Assembly (NCBI GenBank): GCA_032250935.1
Contig: JAVVFD010000001.1
Span: forward strand, 10,976 to 74,975
Direction: 5' to 3'
From: a bacterium
GTDB lineage: Bacteria > Desulfobacterota > JADFVX01
DNA length: 64,000 nt
The notes under the pieces were generated by a model. It saw only the letters and a list, made by a program, of their open reading frames with translations. It was not told where the DNA came from and made no database searches. The position numbers were made by a program, and so were the translations under genes. Of this stretch, positions 8,145-18,478 are shown piece by piece; within the stretch, counting starts at the first letter, position 1, and each line of letters begins with the position of its first letter.

Positions 8145-9083
8145 TTATTGGGCGGCAACGCCGATCATTATCAGAGTAAGTACTGTATGCGCTCCGATAG
8201 TTAAGGCCATTGCCGGTATGAGTTTGGAGGGGTTCAGGTAGTGTCTTTGTAAAATAATCGCAGCTGCAAACGCCGGGAGAATGAAAAAAAGGGCCCATAG
8301 AATTGTCATAGGTAGTGGCCCATACAAACTGCTTACTACAAGTGATGCGGCTGTGAGAGCGATTAAGATGAAGTAAATATAGCGGGAACGGCTTGGGCCT
8401 ATTTGAACGACAAGAGTTTTTTTATTCGCTCTCTTGTCTGTTTCATAATCGGGAAACTGGTTTATCCATAATATGGCAGTTGTCATGCTCCCTGGAGCCA
8501 GGGAGTATATGACGGGGGAGATTGAAATGTTGCCGCTTAGGATGTAGTAGGCAGTACATACAGTCAGGGGGCCAAAGGCCAGGAAAATGGTGAATTCACC
8601 AAGGCCTCTGTATACGAAATTAAAGGGGGGCGCTGTGTAGGCATAGCCGAGGAAAATCCCGGCTGCTCCGAAGAGCGCTATGAATAATGGATTGCCGGGG
8701 CTTAAATAAAGTATTATAAACCCGGCAAGCGCCGCCATTGTGAGCAGGCACATTGATAACAAGAATACTTCTCTTGGGAGCAATAGCTTGTCAACAAGCA
8801 GTCCGCTGCCGCCGCTAAAATGTGTATTGCAGGTGTCAGGACCATCACTGCCGTTTTTGAAGTCGAAATAGTCATTCATCGTGTTGCTGGCTAGATGAAT
8901 GAGGGCCCCGCAAAGTACTATTAAGCCAAAAAGCAGTAGTTTGTCAGCTTTTTCCCAGCCTGGAACGAGTACGCCACCGAGTATTATCGGCAGGAGGGAA
9001 GCCGATAGAAATGGAGCTCTTAGTTCCTTAATATATAGAGGCAGCCGTATTGATTTTTCTTGACTTGCTTTGGGGTAGTTCAT
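8145..9083 (-). CDS. UbiA-family polyprenyltransferase, probably MenA-like 1,4-dihydroxy-2-naphthoate prenyltransferase
   Basis: The NDYFDFKNGSD aspartate-rich motif sits in a protein with about 8 transmembrane helices. Confidence 0.65.
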   Translation of the reverse strand: MNYPKASQEKSIRLPLYIKELRAPFLSASLLPIILGGVLVPGWEKADKLLLFGLIVLCGALIHLASNTMNDYFDFKNGSDGPDTCNTHFSGGSGLLVDKLLLPREVFLLSMCLLTMAALAGFIILYLSPGNPLFIALFGAAGIFLGYAYTAPPFNFVYRGLGEFTIFLAFGPLTVCTAYYILSGNISISPVIYSLAPGSMTTAILWINQFPDYETDKRANKKTLVVQIGPSRSRYIYFILIALTAASLVVSSLYGPLPMTILWALFFILPAFAAAIILQRHYLNPSKLIPAMALTIGAHTVLTLIMIGVAAQ

Positions 9084-9105
9084 AAAATTTACTCATCAGT
9101 TTATT

Positions 9106-9182
9106 CGGGGTGTGGCTCAGCCTGGTAGAGCACTGCGTTCGGGACGCAGGGGTCGGAGGTTCAAATCCTCTCACCCCGACCA
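9106..9182 (+). tRNA. tRNA-Pro (anticodon CGG), CCA encoded
   Basis: Cloverleaf with acceptor CGGGGTG/CACCCCG, anticodon stem CTGCG/CGCAG, loop TTCGGGA, T-arm GGAGGTTCAAATCCTCT and a terminal CCA. Confidence 0.85.
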
Positions 9183-9358
9183 GTAATCGTTTTCATATAA
9201 TTATCTTGCCTTTAAAAAAAGTGTAATTAAATCAAAGTACCTTACATCATCTAATTGTTTATAGTATACGCCAATGTAGAGCTTTAGAACAAAAAATATG
9301 TTGTCGCTTTATTTCTCTCCCGCATATTCAGCTTAAATCCTTAAGAGATAAAATATAA

Positions 9359-10096
9359 ATGAAAAGAATTTCATTGAAGGCCGGGGAGGCGATAGAAGAC
9401 CTTCGCTGCGGCAGCTTGAAAATCATTCAGAAAAAATCAGGCTACCGGTTTTCTGTAGACGCCGTGCTGCTTGCCGGCTTTGCCGGCGTAAAGAAAGGCG
9501 ATAGTGTTGTTGATCTCGGCAGCGGATCGGGGGTTATCCCTTTAATTCTTAGCGCCCGGCATGAAAATATCAATGTTACCGGCATAGAGCTTGACGGTGA
9601 ATCGGCAGATATGGCCAGAAGAAGCATCGGGATGAATAATCTTTCAGAAAAGATATCCATCGTTGAGGGAGATATAAGGGGAATAAAAAGGCTTTTTCAG
9701 CCTGAATGTTTCAACTCTGTTCTGGCCAACCCGCCTTATGGAAAGCCAGATTCGGGAAGGATCAACCCCAATGAGCAGGTTGCTACAGCAAGGCATGAAA
9801 TTGCGGGAAATCTGGATGATTTTCTTAAAGCCGCCTCATACCTTCTTAAATATAGAGGACGCCTTTCCATTATTTATCCGGCAAGGAGGGTTGCAGATCT
9901 TATTGCCGGAATGAGAAGATTTAATGTGGAGCCTAAAAGGATGCAAATGGTTCATTCCCGTGAGGGCGACGGGGCAAGCCTTGTCCTTGTCGAGGGGGTA
10001 AAGGGTGGAGGAGTAGAGACGGAGGTTATGAAGCCGCTTTATATCTATGCTCCTGATGGCAGTTATACCGGGGAGCTTGAGGAGATGTACCGCTGA
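9359..10096 (+). CDS. SAM-dependent N6-adenine methyltransferase, tRNA1(Val) m6A37 methyltransferase (TrmN6/YfiC)-like
   Basis: SAM-binding DLGSGSGVI, and NPPYGK, the N6-adenine methyltransferase catalytic motif. Confidence 0.7.
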   Translation: MKRISLKAGEAIEDLRCGSLKIIQKKSGYRFSVDAVLLAGFAGVKKGDSVVDLGSGSGVIPLILSARHENINVTGIELDGESADMARRSIGMNNLSEKISIVEGDIRGIKRLFQPECFNSVLANPPYGKPDSGRINPNEQVATARHEIAGNLDDFLKAASYLLKYRGRLSIIYPARRVADLIAGMRRFNVEPKRMQMVHSREGDGASLVLVEGVKGGGVETEVMKPLYIYAPDGSYTGELEEMYR

Positions 10097-10105
10097 CAGG
10101 AGCGA

Positions 10106-10597
10106 TTATTCCTTAGGTAGTTTGCCCCTCTTGGCGGCATTGATCATAGCCTTTCTTGCCGCATTTTTAGTGGTGTCGTCATGGATGCTTTTCAGGACAT
10201 CCTCTATATGCTCTCTTTCATCTTTTGTTAATCGTACTTTACGCATCGCTTCCGCAATATTCGGGCCTGCTTCATCTTTATCGGCTACTTTCCCAATTTG
10301 AAAATAGATATTTTCAACAAGATTGGCCTTGAGCGCTTCGTTTAGTTTGTTTGATATGTCATGCTTTAAAAATTGAAGTTGCTGTAGCCAGGCATGGTCT
10401 GCTACGGTCACCTTTAGCACTCCCTTGCATATCCCTGTGGGCTGAGTCTGAGCAGCTATAGCGTCACCTACCACGTCGTCCCATATCTCGACGACTCTGC
10501 ATTCCTCCATCCTTTTTTTAAACTTTTTTTTGGATAAAAGAGAGGCCAGGATTGATGACACTCCAGTTGGAAATGAGCGAGGTCGGCGAGGACTCAT
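10106..10597 (-). CDS. DUF721-family (DciA-like) protein
   Basis: Shows the DUF721 pattern RVVEIWDDVVG...GVLKVTVADHAWLQQLQFLKHDI..L. The probable start is the internal ATG at 10597 (MSPRRP...), shorter than the listed 10741. Confidence 0.5.
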   Translation of the reverse strand: MSPRRPRSFPTGVSSILASLLSKKKFKKRMEECRVVEIWDDVVGDAIAAQTQPTGICKGVLKVTVADHAWLQQLQFLKHDISNKLNEALKANLVENIYFQIGKVADKDEAGPNIAEAMRKVRLTKDEREHIEDVLKSIHDDTTKNAARKAMINAAKRGKLPKE

Positions 10598-10863
10598 TAC
10601 CTGTTTATGGGTAGTTTGCCGCCGGTGAACTGGCCAAAGATTGCAGCCGCCAGCATAAGAGGTATAAAGTAATAGCTGATGCCAGCGGTGTAACGAAGAT
10701 ATATTACGAGTGGGACCGGCAAGTGTATATATAGAATCCACTGGAAGGAAAATTTTCTGGATTTCCCCCGGAGGTAGCCAAAAGGGATATTGAGTAAAAT
10801 GACAAAAATGGTTAAAGCAAAGACCATCAAGGTGGTTTCCATTATTAAGTCTCTAACAGGCAT
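10597..10863 (-). CDS. Small integral membrane protein (88 aa, about 3 transmembrane helices)
   Basis: Hydrophobic ORF. Its stop overlaps the downstream start by 1 nt. Confidence 0.35.
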   Translation of the reverse strand: MPVRDLIMETTLMVFALTIFVILLNIPFGYLRGKSRKFSFQWILYIHLPVPLVIYLRYTAGISYYFIPLMLAAAIFGQFTGGKLPINR

Positions 10864-11026
10864 GATATGGAAGAGTAAAAAAACTTAGATAGATATATTA
10901 GAATATAGGGAAAGGGGCGGTCAAGGACTAAGTGCCAAGCCGTTTATTTTCTTGACATGATTATTCTTTTATGTTTAATCTGCCAGTGTTTACCTGAATT
11001 TTATCTTCTGCAAGGAGAGAAACTAT

Positions 11027-12064
11027 ATGGCATTTAAAAGGTCATCTTTATTGTATGTTTTGCTGCTCTCTTTAATTCTCCTGCCTGCAACACTCAAGGC
11101 TGAAGGGCTTAAAAAAGATGTTCATATCGTTGTTAAGGGGGATACCCTCTGGGATATATCAGAAACATATCTGCACAATCCTTTTTTATGGCCCAAATTG
11201 TGGCAATGGAATGATTATATTATGAACCCGCACTTTATATATCCGGGCAATAGAATCAGACTGAAGGCGCCTGCCCGCGCTGCCAAAAAACCGATTAAGC
11301 TTCCTGTAACGGTTCTAAAGCCTGAACCTGCAGAAGAGATACCGGTGGAAGAAGCAAGCGAAGAGGTGGAAGAAGAGGAAGCTTCTCAGCCTGTAGTGGA
11401 AGGGGGGAGGTACAATATTCGTCACCTGAGAGCATCGGGCATGATCTCGCCAGTTGAGCTCTCAAGGGCCGGCTCTATACTTGATGGACAATCAGAGAAT
11501 GTCATGATGAGCGTGGGAGATGTAATATACCTAGGCGTAAAAGAGCCTGCGGCCCCAGGCGAGCTATATTCTGTTTTCAAGCCAAAGCAGAAGATTTATC
11601 ACCCTGTAACTAAGGCTATTTTAGGAAATAAGATAGAAATGCTTGGTAGACTGGAGATTATTACTTATGCTGACAAGGTAGCAACGGCGAAGGTTATTGA
11701 GTCGTTTAATGTAATATCAAGAGGCGATTTTGTAAGGCCATGGGTAAAACTGCCTGAAGAGATAACAATCCGTGAAAGCGCCATAAATCTTGAGGGATAT
11801 ATAGTGACAGCCAAAGAGGAGATCAGTATTTACGGGCAGGGTCATGTGGTTTATATTGATCTTGGTGCAAGTTCAGGTGTGGAGGCGGGAAATATCTTCA
11901 TATCTTACAAGCCTGAATACATCAAAGATAAATACACAATTCCGGCTGTCACTATAGGCAGATTGCTTGTCTTTGAAGTGAAGGAAAACAGCTCCTCCGC
12001 TGTTATTATAGACAGTATAGAAGAAATGCGATCGGGCACTAAGATCAAGACAATAGTGAGGTAG
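11027..12064 (+). CDS. Secreted LysM peptidoglycan-binding protein with an acidic linker
   Basis: Signal peptide, a LysM motif (HIVVKGDTLWDISETYL...PGNRIRL), and a Glu-rich low-complexity stretch. Confidence 0.7.
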   Translation: MAFKRSSLLYVLLLSLILLPATLKAEGLKKDVHIVVKGDTLWDISETYLHNPFLWPKLWQWNDYIMNPHFIYPGNRIRLKAPARAAKKPIKLPVTVLKPEPAEEIPVEEASEEVEEEEASQPVVEGGRYNIRHLRASGMISPVELSRAGSILDGQSENVMMSVGDVIYLGVKEPAAPGELYSVFKPKQKIYHPVTKAILGNKIEMLGRLEIITYADKVATAKVIESFNVISRGDFVRPWVKLPEEITIRESAINLEGYIVTAKEEISIYGQGHVVYIDLGASSGVEAGNIFISYKPEYIKDKYTIPAVTIGRLLVFEVKENSSSAVIIDSIEEMRSGTKIKTIVR

Positions 12065-12086
12065 CAACAGATTGATTTAATTAATA

Positions 12087-12120
12087 GGGGTTGCGCTTGG
12101 GCGGTGCAACCTTTTTTATT
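12087..12120 (+). terminator. Rho-independent terminator after the LysM gene
   Basis: Hairpin GGGGTTGCGC-TTGGGCG-GTGCAACC, followed by TTTTTTATT. Confidence 0.5.
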
Positions 12121-12131
12121 TATATAAATCT

Positions 12132-13253
12132 TTGCCACATGACCTTATGCCGAGTGACAATGAGATAGATATTCGATTCTGGATGGCGCTTACCAGGGTA
12201 GGTGGCGTAGGCGGCGTAACCGCCAATCGCCTTGTTGAGCACTTCGGGTCTGCAAAGGCCGTTTTTGATGCCGCAGAAAATAAGTTCAAGGACATTAAGG
12301 GGATCAGAGTTAGTGCAGTAAAGGGGATCGCCGCATTTAAGGGCTGGGAAGAGATAGACAGGGAGATTGATCGCGCAAGACGCCTTGGAATTTCAATTAT
12401 ATCTCTTCAAGACAGCCGCTATCCTGGAAACCTTATTAATATTCCATCTCCACCGCTCATACTTTATGTGATGGGCCGTTTAAGTGCGGCAGATGCTGCT
12501 GCAATTGCCGTCGTCGGGTCTAGAAATCCCTCATCCTACGGGCTGGAAATGGCGGGTAAGTTCAGCGCTCATTTTGCCAAAGAAGGTCTTGCCGTTGTAA
12601 GCGGGCTTGCCAGGGGAATTGATACGGCAGCACATAAATCTGCCCTTAAGGCCGGCGGACGGACAATCGCTGTCCTTGGCTGCGGCATAGATGTAGTGTA
12701 TCCACCGGAAAGTTCTAAATTATTTAGGCAGATTGCCGACAACGGCGTTCTGATTTCGGAATTTCCTCTTGGAACGCAGCCTGACGCCATGAACTTCCCG
12801 AGAAGAAACCGCATAATCAGCGGCCTTTCCCTTGGTGTTCTTGTCGTTGAGGCGGCGCTAAAAAGCGGTTCGCTTATTACGGCCAACTACGCGGCAGAGC
12901 AGGGCAGGGATGTTTATGTTATTCCCGGGAATATAAACTCTGCCCGCAGCAAAGGTTCAAACAGGCTTATTAATGACGGCGCAATGTTTGTTGATGCCCC
13001 CGAGACTATTATTGAGGATCTCCAGCCTCGGCGGAGTGAAAGCAAGATCAAAATAAAGAGCCCTGAGTTCGCCTTCAATGAAAAAGAGGCGATAATTTTT
13101 GATTTGCTTAGTCAGGAGCGGATGCATATAGACAATATACTGAAGATCTCTCAGATGAATATAAGTGAGATATCAACAATACTATTAAACCTGGAAATGA
13201 TGGATGCGGTGAAACAGCATCCCGGTAAATTTTATTCGAAAAACACAATATAG
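12132..13253 (+). CDS. dprA: DNA processing protein DprA (Smf)
   Basis: Rossmann-like DprA core (VVSGLARGIDTAAHK...VLGCGIDVVYP) and a C-terminal winged-helix domain. Start uncertain: TTG at 12132 or ATG at 12147. Confidence 0.85.
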   Translation: MPHDLMPSDNEIDIRFWMALTRVGGVGGVTANRLVEHFGSAKAVFDAAENKFKDIKGIRVSAVKGIAAFKGWEEIDREIDRARRLGISIISLQDSRYPGNLINIPSPPLILYVMGRLSAADAAAIAVVGSRNPSSYGLEMAGKFSAHFAKEGLAVVSGLARGIDTAAHKSALKAGGRTIAVLGCGIDVVYPPESSKLFRQIADNGVLISEFPLGTQPDAMNFPRRNRIISGLSLGVLVVEAALKSGSLITANYAAEQGRDVYVIPGNINSARSKGSNRLINDGAMFVDAPETIIEDLQPRRSESKIKIKSPEFAFNEKEAIIFDLLSQERMHIDNILKISQMNISEISTILLNLEMMDAVKQHPGKFYSKNTI

Positions 13254-13261
13254 GTGTATAA

Positions 13262-15508
13262 ATGGCAAAATGTCTCCTCATAGTGGAATCTCCCGCCAAG
13301 GCGAGAACTATAAATAAATATCTTGGCAAAGACTTTAATGTCGTGGCCTCAGTCGGTCATGTGAAGGATCTGCCTAAAAGCAAACTCGGCGTCAATATAG
13401 AAGATAATTTCACCCCGGAATATGTCACCATAAAGGGGAAGGGAAATATAATCACCAATATAAAAAAAGAGGCCAGGGCTGCGGAAAAAGTCTACCTTGC
13501 CCCAGACCCTGACCGCGAGGGTGAGGCGATTGCCTGGCATATTGCCAGCGAAATCAAGGACAAGGAAAAACTTTGCCGCGTACTATTTAATGAGATAACA
13601 AAAAAGGGTATTCAGGAGGCCATAAAAAACCCTCTTCCTATAGATCAGCATAAATTCGAGGCTCAGCAGGCAAGACGTATCCTCGACAGGCTTGTCGGTT
13701 ATCAAATATCTCCCCTTCTATGGGAGAAGGTCAGGAGAGGGCTCTCTGCCGGCAGGGTCCAATCGGTAGCGCTCAGGATTATTTGCGAGAGAGAGGCCGA
13801 AATAAAGGCTTTTAATCCCGTTGAATACTGGTCGGTAGCTGCAAGGCTTGAAGGTGAGGCGCCACCTCCCTTTGATGCAAAACTGGTCAAGATTTCAGGA
13901 AGAAAGGCAGACCTTAAGACCGAGAAAGAAACTAATGAATTTTTAAAATCTATTGAAGGCGCTGACTATGTAGTCAGTAAAATAGATAAAAAGGAGCGAA
14001 AGAAGAATCCATACCCTCCTTTTATTACCAGTACTCTTCAACAGGATGCAGCGCGGAGACTTCGCTTTTCAGCCAAAAAAACCATGATGCTGGCTCAACG
14101 CTTATATGAAGGTGTAGATTTCGGTACTGAAGGGCCTGTTGGTTTAATAACCTATATGAGGACGGACTCGACAAGGGTTGCCGATGAGGCGATCGAAGGC
14201 GTAAGGACTTTTATTGCAGATAAGTATGGCGATGATTTTCTTCCCAAAAAGCCGAGACAATATAAAAGCTCCAAATCAGCACAAGAGGCCCATGAAGCGA
14301 TCAGGCCGACCTCCATGGAGCATACCCCTGAGCTCGCCAGGCCTCTGCTTGATAAAGACCAGTTTCGTCTTTATGAGCTTATATGGAATCGTTCTATAGC
14401 GTCCCAGATGAATCCTGCCATAATGGATCAAACCTCTGTAGATATCCAGGCGGCTGATGCAACTTTCAGGGTGACAGGTTCGGTTATCCGCTTTCCCGGG
14501 TTTATGTCTGTTTATACGGAGGCCAAGGAAAAGGAAGATGAAACCGACAAGGATAAGATCCTTCCTGCATTTAATGAAAAGCAGGTTCTTAAGTTCCATG
14601 AGATCATGCCGCGCCAGCACTTCACCGAGCCTCCACCGCGTTTCTCTGAGGCAACTTTAGTCAAGGAGCTGGAAGATAAGGGGATAGGCAGGCCAAGTAC
14701 CTACGCCGCTATTATATCTAATATTCAAGATCGTGAATATGTCAATGTCGACCAAAGGAGATTTTTCCCAACGGAACTCGGACTCTTGATAACAGAGCTA
14801 TTGGTCGAGAATTTCCCAGATATTATCAACGTTGAATTTACTGCGACTATGGAAGGTACGCTCGACGACATAGAGCTTGGCAAGGCCGATTGGGTCAAGG
14901 CGATGAGGGCCTTTTACGATAATTTCAGCAAAGAGCTGGAGCGTGCAAAGCTGCAGATGAGGGACGTAAAGAGAGAAGAGATCCCTACAGACATAGTCTG
15001 CGATAAGTGCAAGGCCAATATGGTCATAAAGTGGGGAAAGATGGGAGAATTTCTTGCCTGCCCCAACTATCCCGAATGTAAAAATACCTCCAATTTTAAA
15101 AGAGATAAGTCGGGAAAGATTGAGATCGTTATAGAGGAGTTCGAACTATCTGATGAACTCTGCCCGAAATGCAGCAAGCAGATGGTAGTAAGAAGGGGGA
15201 AATACGGTCGATTCCTTGCCTGCCCCGACTATCCCGAGTGCAAGGGGACCAGGGCTCTATCCATCGGTATTAAATGCCCTTCCTGCAAAGAAGGCGATAT
15301 TAGCGAAAGAAGGAGTAAGAAAGGGAAGATCTTCTACGGATGTACCGCCTACCCAAAATGCACCTTTGCCACATGGGACAAGCCTGTCAATGAGGCCTGC
15401 CCGCTATGCTCCGCTCCATTCCTGGTTGAAAAAACCTCAAAGAGAGAGGGCACTGTAATTAAATGCATTGAGAAGGATTGTGGCTATAAGAGAGAGAAGA
15501 ACGATTAA
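13262..15508 (+). CDS. topA: DNA topoisomerase I with C-terminal zinc ribbons
   Basis: Toprim N-terminus (LLIVESPAKA), the active-site Tyr region, and four C4 zinc ribbons (CDKCK...CPNYPEC etc.). Confidence 0.9.
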   Translation: MAKCLLIVESPAKARTINKYLGKDFNVVASVGHVKDLPKSKLGVNIEDNFTPEYVTIKGKGNIITNIKKEARAAEKVYLAPDPDREGEAIAWHIASEIKDKEKLCRVLFNEITKKGIQEAIKNPLPIDQHKFEAQQARRILDRLVGYQISPLLWEKVRRGLSAGRVQSVALRIICEREAEIKAFNPVEYWSVAARLEGEAPPPFDAKLVKISGRKADLKTEKETNEFLKSIEGADYVVSKIDKKERKKNPYPPFITSTLQQDAARRLRFSAKKTMMLAQRLYEGVDFGTEGPVGLITYMRTDSTRVADEAIEGVRTFIADKYGDDFLPKKPRQYKSSKSAQEAHEAIRPTSMEHTPELARPLLDKDQFRLYELIWNRSIASQMNPAIMDQTSVDIQAADATFRVTGSVIRFPGFMSVYTEAKEKEDETDKDKILPAFNEKQVLKFHEIMPRQHFTEPPPRFSEATLVKELEDKGIGRPSTYAAIISNIQDREYVNVDQRRFFPTELGLLITELLVENFPDIINVEFTATMEGTLDDIELGKADWVKAMRAFYDNFSKELERAKLQMRDVKREEIPTDIVCDKCKANMVIKWGKMGEFLACPNYPECKNTSNFKRDKSGKIEIVIEEFELSDELCPKCSKQMVVRRGKYGRFLACPDYPECKGTRALSIGIKCPSCKEGDISERRSKKGKIFYGCTAYPKCTFATWDKPVNEACPLCSAPFLVEKTSKREGTVIKCIEKDCGYKREKND

Positions 15509-15735
15509 ATAATCTATATCCTCTTGATTGCAAAAGGGCAAAGAAAAATATCTAAGGGAACCTCTAATAATTTAAATTTGTCATTCCCGTGAAAACGGGA
15601 ATCTAATCATGTCAAGTATCTGGACGGCCCCCGTAGTACGGGATAAACTTTCAAGTCGAGCATGACATATTTTCAGGGATACCCTTAAGAGCTTTTCTTT
15701 ACGCACCCTTTATTTTTACACCTTTATAATCCCCC

Positions 15736-17583
15736 ATGATGAAATCCAAACACGATATATCCGACTGGCTGCCGCTGTCTTTAAGTGATGCCAAAAAAAG
15801 GGGCTGGGATTCCTTTGATGTTATCATCATTTCAGGCGACGCCTATGTTGATCACCCTTCTTTCGGGCATGCAGTCATCGGGCGTATTATTGAAAGCGAG
15901 GGTTTTAAGGTAGGCATGATTCCTCAGCCGAACTGGCGCGATGACCTCAGGGATTTTAAAAAACTGGGGAGGCCCAGGCTGTTTTTCGGCGTTACGGCAG
16001 GGTGTATGGATTCGATGGTTAATCACTATACGGCCAATGGCAGACTTAGATCGAATGACGCATACACGCCCGGTGGAGAGTCGGGCTTTAGACCGGACAG
16101 GGCCGTTAGCGTTTATACGGGAATCCTGAAGAGGCTTTTTCCCGATACACCCGTTTTGATTGGCGGAATGGAATCGTCGATGAGAAGGGCAACGCATTAT
16201 GATTATTGGTCTGACACTCTAAAGCCTTCCATTCTTGCAGATAGCGGTGCAGATCTCCTCGTATATGGAATGGGCGAGCAGCCACTTAGGGAAATACTGA
16301 AGCTGCTGGCAAGGGGCGTGCCCTTTTCATCACTGACTACCGTTCCCCAAACCGCTCTATTGCTGGCGGAAGGCGCGGCCATACCCAAAAACAAGAAGTG
16401 GCAGGATCTGCGGCTCGCCTCCCATGAGGCCTGCCTGAAGGAAAAGAAGACCTTCGCCGCTAATTACAGGCATATCGAGACCGAAGCAAACAAGACATTT
16501 GCAAAGCGCCTTATCCAGGACGTAGCAGGTCAAAGCCTTGTGATAAACCCACCGTACCCTACTATGAGTGAAAAGGAGATTGATGCATCTTTCGATCTCC
16601 CCTATACCCGTCTTCCGCACCCTAAATATAAGAAAAGGGGCGCTATCCCGGCCTACGATATGATCAGGTTCTCAGTAAACATGCACAGGGGATGTTTCGG
16701 GGGATGCAGTTTTTGCGCAATATCCGCCCATCAGGGAAAGATGGTGCCAAGTCGTTCCAGGGAATCCATTATGAAAGAGGTGGATGAAATTGCCGCTATG
16801 CCGGAATTTACCGGCTACATCAGTGACCTCGGGGGGCCATCTGCCAATATGTATAAGATGAAGGGAGTAAAAAAGTCCATCTGTGATGCCTGCGCCAGGC
16901 CTTCCTGTATATTCCCTTCAATATGCCACAACCTTGGCACATCTCATAAGCCCCTTACCGAGATCTATAAAGAGGTGTCGGCTCATGAAAAAGTAAAAAA
17001 GGCCTTTGTAACAAGCGGCCTGAGATACGATATGTTCTTAGGGCGGTCTAAAGAAGAAGACAAGGCAAATGGCTATAGTGAATATCTGAATGAACTTATC
17101 ACAAACCATGTATCGGGAAGGTTAAAGGTAGCTCCCGAACATACCTCCGGCCCGCTTTTGAAGTTGATGCGCAAGCCATCATTTGAGCTGTTTTATGATT
17201 TAAAAGAAAAGTTTGATTCTATATCGGCAAAAAAAGGGCTAAAACAGCAGATAATTCCCTATTTCATATCGAGCCATCCCGGATGCGAACTGGGCGACAT
17301 GGCCGATCTAGCCGCAGAGACAAAGGATATGGGGTTTCAGTTGGAGCAGGTTCAGGACTTTACGCCAACTCCGATGACGCTTGCAACGGTGATGTATTAT
17401 TCCGGGTATGATCCGTATACATTGAAGAAAGTTTACTCGGCAAAGGCGAAGGAAGAAAGAGCGGCGCAAAACAGGTTCTTTTTTTGGTATAAAAAAGAAA
17501 ACCGCGCCTGGATATCTAAATCACTTAGTTTAATTAATAAGAAAAACCTTGCAGAAAGGTTGCTAGGGAGGGAGAAAGGATAG
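15736..17583 (+). CDS. ygiQ: YgiQ-family radical SAM protein (UPF0313)
   Basis: B12-binding-like N-terminal domain, then the radical SAM cluster motif CFGGCSFC. Confidence 0.8.
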   Translation: MMKSKHDISDWLPLSLSDAKKRGWDSFDVIIISGDAYVDHPSFGHAVIGRIIESEGFKVGMIPQPNWRDDLRDFKKLGRPRLFFGVTAGCMDSMVNHYTANGRLRSNDAYTPGGESGFRPDRAVSVYTGILKRLFPDTPVLIGGMESSMRRATHYDYWSDTLKPSILADSGADLLVYGMGEQPLREILKLLARGVPFSSLTTVPQTALLLAEGAAIPKNKKWQDLRLASHEACLKEKKTFAANYRHIETEANKTFAKRLIQDVAGQSLVINPPYPTMSEKEIDASFDLPYTRLPHPKYKKRGAIPAYDMIRFSVNMHRGCFGGCSFCAISAHQGKMVPSRSRESIMKEVDEIAAMPEFTGYISDLGGPSANMYKMKGVKKSICDACARPSCIFPSICHNLGTSHKPLTEIYKEVSAHEKVKKAFVTSGLRYDMFLGRSKEEDKANGYSEYLNELITNHVSGRLKVAPEHTSGPLLKLMRKPSFELFYDLKEKFDSISAKKGLKQQIIPYFISSHPGCELGDMADLAAETKDMGFQLEQVQDFTPTPMTLATVMYYSGYDPYTLKKVYSAKAKEERAAQNRFFFWYKKENRAWISKSLSLINKKNLAERLLGREKG

Positions 17584-17739
17584 TTTTTATTCTTTAAGGC
17601 GTATAGTCAATGAAAAGGATTGAGAAATCCGGTCAAAAATGTTTTAAACAGCATGTCACTACCTGGCGCGATATATTCCCCTCTTCCTTTTTCTTGACTA
17701 TTTTCTTTTAGATATGGTAGTTTTTATCTAATATTTTCA

Positions 17740-17900
17740 AGATATTCTGGTCCCCATTGGGGATTTTAAGGGAATCCCGTTAAAATCGGGAGCGGTTCCG
17801 CCACTGTATCCGGGTACGAAAATCGCATTTTGCCACTGTCAAAAATGACGGGAAGGCGCGGTTAGTAGGATGATCCGGGAGCCAGGAGACCTGCCAGAAT
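17740..17900 (+). ncRNA. Cobalamin (AdoCbl) riboswitch aptamer
   Basis: Conserved 5' core AAGGGAATCCCGTTAAAATCGGGAGCGGTTCCGCCACTGT, and the B12 box AGCCAGGAGACCTGCC at about 17880-17895. A possible TTGACT -35 lies at about 17695. Confidence 0.75.
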
Positions 17901-17954
17901 ATTCATAACTCAATAATTTCTTCGAGGCAAAGAAATGAGAGACCGCTGCACAAA

Positions 17955-17987
17955 AACCGCCTTTAAATATGGGCGGTTTTTCATTTT
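17955..17987 (+). terminator. Intrinsic terminator acting as the riboswitch expression platform
   Basis: AACCGCC-TTTAAATAT-GGGCGGTT followed by TTTTCATTTT, located between the aptamer and the cbiX start. Confidence 0.55.
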
Positions 17988-18079
17988 AGGGAAGATTTCA
18001 TCCTTTCTCACATTCATTGTTTCAAACAGCTATAAGCAACTAAGCCCTCTTTCGTGTTTATTAAAGGAGATATCTTGTA

Positions 18080-18478
18080 ATGATTAATGCGGATGCCAAG
18101 TGGAAGAAAAAAGGGGTGCTGGTTATTGCCCATGGGAGCAGGAACAACGAGGCGAACGAAGCTGTAACTGCGCTCGTAGAACGGTTGAAGGGCCGGCTTG
18201 AAACCGGACTTGTAGAGGCAGCTTTTCTGGAACTGGCCAACCCTTCCATTCCAGAGGGGATACGCGCCCTTGCTGCAAAGGGGATGGAAACGCTTGTTGT
18301 TTATCCGTTCTTTCTTTCCATGGGGGTTCATCTTAAAAAAGATGTGCCGCAGATCGTTGAAGAAGCTGTGGCTTCGCTTGGAAGGGAGCTTTCCTGTCAG
18401 ATACTGGAGCCGCTGGGGATGCATCCCAAAGTTATGGATATTATTGTCGACACCCTTCTGAATGAGGTAAGAGAGTGA
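18080..18478 (+). CDS. cbiX: Sirohydrochlorin cobaltochelatase, short form (CbiX-small)
   Basis: The size is about 130 aa, matching the short CbiX form, and it contains the VIAHGSR motif. First gene after the B12 riboswitch. Confidence 0.65.
   Translation: MINADAKWKKKGVLVIAHGSRNNEANEAVTALVERLKGRLETGLVEAAFLELANPSIPEGIRALAAKGMETLVVYPFFLSMGVHLKKDVPQIVEEAVASLGRELSCQILEPLGMHPKVMDIIVDTLLNEVRE

Noticed and set aside
15216-15458. 80-aa + strand ORF in an alternative frame within topA
   Set aside because: It overlaps the topA zinc-ribbon region in another frame. The Pro/Ala-rich translation is typical of an out-of-frame artefact.
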